Below the pieces are notes generated by a model. The model did no database searches, was not told the DNA's origin, and worked only from the letters and a program-made list of their open reading frames with translations. Positions 59,901 to 64,000 of a stretch of DNA of 64,000 nt are shown here, in pieces. How positions within the stretch are numbered: position 1 is the stretch's first letter; every line of letters starts with the position of its first letter. This DNA is from Bugula neritina (Eukaryota > Animalia > Bryozoa), in contig OZ037765.1 in NCBI GenBank assembly GCA_964035545.1, positions 9,620,698 through 9,684,697 on the forward strand, in the 5' to 3' direction. Both the position numbers and the translations under genes were made by a program.

Positions 59901-62900
59901 CTAGGCCGGGCTGGGTATGAACACGGAAGATGTGAGAAAACAGCACCTCAGGGAACTTCTGGTCACCAAACCACCCGGATCTGCAGTTGATGCTGTCACG
60001 TGGCATCCAGTGGGAGCTGCTGGAATGAGAGCAGAGTATCCTGGGCCCAGATCCGTTGGGTACCCAGTGCCAAGGGGGTGGCACCCACATGAAGGGCCTT
60101 CTAGCAGAGGCCAATGTATGTTATACAAAGTGCAGCTTATAGTTATTCTAATTCAATAAGTTTGTTGAAGTAATTTTGTATTCATTCAATGGTTTGATGC
60201 AAAATATCTTACTGCAATTTGTTAACAATTTTCTCTAATATAGCCTGAAATGTCGATCAGTTATATATGTTATTTTAATTTTATTCAACTTTTGATTAAT
60301 AAATGAATGATCAAAACTTGCAACATTTGTTTCAATTAGTCGTTCTGTTTGCTGTTTTTTTAATTTATTCTATGTTGATTAATTGAAATGAAATTAAAAT
60401 GTATTTTTTATTTGGTATAGTTGGACCAAGAGGAGATGGTTGGCCTGGGGTTTCTGGTCCGCCTGGCCATCAAATGAACAGACCTCCACTGAGAGGCCGG
60501 TTCATAGTGCCCTCATCCATGTATCGCCAGAGGCCCCCTGGGGCAGGAGTGTATTCCACTCGTTTTCAAGGCCCCCATCACATGGTAGGTTGAATGTAGA
60601 GCAATTATAGACTTGAAGTAAATTCTAGTCTGCATTGATCCATTATATTTCTGATTATAATGACTGCATGTGGATGTGATAATTTGAAAAGTTTAGTTTG
60701 TATCTGTTTTGTAACTGAGTATGTTTAAGGGAAAGGGATAACATGGTGTGGCAAAGCTGTGTGCTTTTCTCAGTTACTGTTTGGTATATTTGTATGACAA
60801 TTTCTGTAACCCGCAGATGGTTGATGGTAGTCGTATGCCCAGTCGAATGGTACAGCCACAAGGGTTACTACCCTATGACGACAGCTATCAGATTAGACAT
60901 GCACATGCACCCAGACTGGTGGACGCTCTCCAAGGACATGGGCAAATGGTAGTTGGCTCTGAGCATGGGGCTAGCAGGTCAGGGGGTATTCATCCAAATC
61001 AAGAAGAAGGGCTGGAAGATTTACTCAGTGAGTGAATTATGTAATGCGTATTATGAAAGAGTGGTACTACAACACGCTTCAGCTATTATTTTCACTTGTC
61101 ACATGTCTTTTTACACGTGCTACTTATGCCATCATTTTACTGCAACATTGATTCTTAAATAACAAATAAATGTAACCACTAATTCTGCTTTTATTACAAT
61201 TATTAGTTCCTAACTACTTGACACAGACTAGTTGAATATTTTAATTATAAAAAACAAATGCAGCATATTTATCGTACGTAATTAATATTTTCTGTAGAAC
61301 TTTGTAAATGCATTCTGTGATGTGAACTATCACTTGTTTAGGAAGAAGTATTAATAGGACCAACATATACTGTACTGTGTGTTGATCAAATTCTCCTCAT
61401 CTGTTTGTAGATACTGATGATCTGAGCTTGTTGCCTTTTATCGACCCTGTTCTTGACGAGACACTGGCTGAGGAGCATGACAAGAACATGTTCGACGAGC
61501 ATCTTGGACTGAAGAAAGACGTTGATGTTGGAAAACAGTCGGAGTTGTCAGCACCAATCAAGTCTGAACACACTTTCAACACAGAAGACTCAACCTCACC
61601 AACAAAGATGTACACGAATGGTACGTAGTTATGATCATCCATTATAAGAGACTACAAACAGTAGCTTTCTCTGTTGCTTTACTTTTGTGTGTTTTTGCAG
61701 GACTGTTTTTTGTTGTAGTGAAAACTCCCCGACTGCCTGAACTCAACAGTTTAACCTCTCAAGCTGTGTCAGCAGCACCGATTTCATCCGGAGCAAATGG
61801 CACTTCTAAAACGGCAGCCACTGTGACAGCTACCCTTTCTGGCAGCTCTTTAGCCTCTGCGGGTGTCAAGTTATCCGCAGCCAGCAATGTTAAAACTGAA
61901 GTTGCTAAAACTTCCACTGCTATGCCACAACCAACAGCCCAAAATACAAATGCTACAAGCACAGCAGTTTGTGCTGACACTGCCGCTACTAATGCGATGA
62001 CTAGCTCTTCTGCTGCTACAGGTGTATCAACTACCAGTTCCACTGTCAGTGGAAACGCTGCAGTTGTGGTTTCTACAGTTGCCGGGACTTCAGTGTCTGG
62101 TAGCAATCTAGTTTCTAGTGCAAGTGTACCCCCAGCCGTCATGGCTGAGAGCACTAGTGCTTCTACCACCACCTCCACCATCACTTCCCGTACTACAAGC
62201 ACCACATCTTCCTCTTCTCAGTTGACTCGGGCAGCGAGCACTGCTGCCTCTTCTCAATTCTCTACTGTGGTTGGCAGAGATTCTCCTCACATTACAACAT
62301 CACAAGTGTCAGCTAGCTCTCCCCATCCCCAAACTGGTGGGCCAACAGTTGCCGATTCTCCTCATCTTAAGTCTAGTGCATCAGTAATTTCTGGGTCACC
62401 TCACCCTCAAGTTGGTGGAGCCATGGTTCCTGGCTCACCTCATTTCAAACCTGGTGGACCAATGGTTCCAGGCTCACCTCACCCGCATTCAGCTGGGTCA
62501 ATAGTTCCTGGCTCACCTCACCCTTATGCCAGCGTACCAATGGTTCCAGGCTCACCTCACCCACATTCAGCTGGGTCAATAGTTCCTGGCTCACCTCATC
62601 CTTATGCCGGTGGGGCGATGGTTCCTGGTTCGCCTCATCCGTTAGCTGGCATACCCAGTTCTCCTCTTCGTCACTCTGGTGGACCAGTACCTGGCTCCCC
62701 TCATCCCGGGGTGATAGTCTCAAATTCTCCACACACGGTTATTGGAGGACATCAAGCTATGCACGGAGGATCGCCGCATTCCAGTCTAATGTCTGGGTCT
62801 CCCCACCAACAAATCTCTGCCCAATCTCCAGGTAATCTTTTATTTGATATAGGCAGGCTAAAATGTGATTATGTTTATAAAGTATAATTATTTTATTATA

Positions 62901-63533
62901 AGCACTAAAATGTAAAATTTTCTAAACTGTGGGCATCTTTTTACGCTCGCTGACTTTTGGACAAGTAAATGATACATTTAAATACAGGTTTTACCTGAAA
63001 TGTGCAGTAATGAATGATATAGGTTTTCGCAGTTTGCTTATTCTGGTTATTGATGGAAGCTACTTTATTGCCTACAATTGGAGAATACAATATCTGAGTT
63101 TTATAAAGTCAATTTTTTTCTGCTACTCATTATAATTGTCTCAACTTAAATGGAAAAAATAGAATAAAAATGAGCGACTTTATTGCTGTATGCTTTTGAG
63201 TTTCTGGGCAATCCGTGGTACTGGCAAGTCTCCCGATGTTCACATATTCAAGTTTATTATGTTGACTTTTGAGTAACACCTTTGTATTTTTTCCTTTAGC
63301 TGGTGGATTGGAAGCTAGACCTTACCCATCACAGAGTGCTCTTGATCAGCCCCCAGTGTTTCAAAGGTCGCCATCTGTAGGTCGTATGTTAGGTGGTCCA
63401 CAGTATCCCGGAGGTACAAATTTACCACATTCATCTTTACCTGGCTCTGCAGCTATTCCTGCCTATCACCAACCTGCAGCAGCTTTTACAAATCAACACC
63501 ACCAATTGCACGCTCAACCTAGACCTTATTTTG
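47230..63533 (+). CDS. KMT2C: KMT2C/D (MLL3/4)-type histone methyltransferase, N-terminal part (extended PHD, PHD clusters, HMG box, low-complexity region); continues beyond the window
   Basis: MDLRDDNRKPK start. AHHCCAAWSEGV; CSFCEKFGATIPC..FHYPCA; FCTSCGQHYHGDCL..RAGWQCPDCKLCQEC..MLVCDVCDKGFHTFCL; QDMCVSCGSFG..CTQCGQCYHPFC; KGWRCLDCTVCEGC..LLCDECDISFHTYCL; GIGGFVAKPR; YPSYLQEAFFGK; HMG-like WRDDEPLGLDATISPVLFANMKHPEL..WRKM..RAPYL; LRELL. About 30 GT-AG exons traced in phase. SET domain is not in the window; C vs D orthology cannot be resolved. Confidence 0.93.
50177..51007. repeat. 17-bp minisatellite (GTGTCTAGTTTCACTAT), about 48-49 copies, in a KMT2C/D intron
   Basis: Head-to-tail units with recurrent variants CTAT/CTCT, CTAG/CTTG, TTCAC/TTTAC; no spacers. 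Confidence 0.97.
56886..56938. repeat. (AT)n microsatellite
   Basis: Perfect TA run of about 50 bp. Confidence 0.95.
58618..58690. repeat. 9-bp tandem repeat (ATACATTAT-like)
   Basis: atacatgat atacatgat atacattat atacatttt atacattat atacattat atacattat. Confidence 0.8.
59484..59585 (+). other. 102-nt frame-preserving exon of KMT2C/D, candidate cassette exon
   Basis: CACAG acceptor, CTG|GTAAGT donor, phase 0-0, open frame CPGPFTKRLTMLSRRVQSQDKQSQMNVVNKQQLL; the flanking exons also join in frame without it. Confidence 0.6.
62279..62806 (+). repeat. Coding 39-bp/13-aa repeat (xxPGSPHPxxxGx) in a KMT2C/D exon
   Basis: 14 SPH motifs in ORF 61631-62887, the first ten exactly 13 aa apart; near-identical 78-bp duplication starting at 62459 and 62537. 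Confidence 0.9.
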
Positions 63534-64000
63534 GTATGTGTGTGCACACCTGTTGTGGCCAACAAGTGGTGCCTTAACAACTTTGGCTCTCTAATACTAC
63601 CTGTTTTCTGTGTGGCTTTAGTTAGTTATTTACTAAGGATAAAATGTAAATAATGTGGCCCCTGCCGCACCTAACTAGTTGTACAGACCGTAATATGTGG
63701 CACCATGCTGCACTAACCATATTGTGTTTGTATTATTTACTAACACCTTTCTTGTAGAGTTAGTGTTTTATGTTTTGCTTTACTCTCCTTGTACACTTAC
63801 TCATTCTAAGATGTAAGCAGCTATTAATTTGTGTAATCTTTCGAGTTGCCACGGTTCAATAATGATGTTATTAGCTATATATTATACTGCAAGAGGTTAC
63901 TTGAAAAATGTCAACAACTCCGCTGTTCCAGGAAGTAGAAATATTAGACATGTGCAAACATGCATATTGCTTTAGCGATCTTCCATGGATAAATGTCCGT

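Noticed and set aside
55802-62732. Long minus-strand ORFs over KMT2C/D exons (55802-56197, 61759-62205, 62445-62732)
   Set aside because: Antisense shadows of Gln/Pro- and Ser/Thr-rich coding exons.

Overview
AT-rich, intron-dense animal genomic DNA (an invertebrate by inference; no prokaryotic features, tRNA, rRNA or CRISPR seen). Six spliced genes were traced exon by exon with consistent GT-AG phases. They are glycogen debranching enzyme AGL (-, 3' end outside the window), an SRSF11/SREK1/Srp54-type SR splicing factor (+), KRI1 (+), RCL1 (-), FIS1 (+) and the N-terminal PHD/HMG part of a KMT2C/D (MLL3/4)-type gene (+, runs off the right end). Mobile DNA comprises a 3.7-kb Sola2-like element that is almost entirely one palindrome and fills an AGL intron, a 400-bp MITE with the same GGGTCATT ends and 4-bp TSD, and a 424-bp AT-flanked MITE. 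The least-explained signals are: (1) degenerate period-3/6 simple-sequence tracts in what appear to be the promoter-proximal first introns of the genes; (2) a candidate poison (NMD) exon in the SR gene; (3) the foldback transposon with two mirrored transposase relics; (4) a strictly 13-aa-spaced SPH repeat and a candidate RBFOX-regulated cassette exon in KMT2C/D. All alignments were done by eye and no searches were run.
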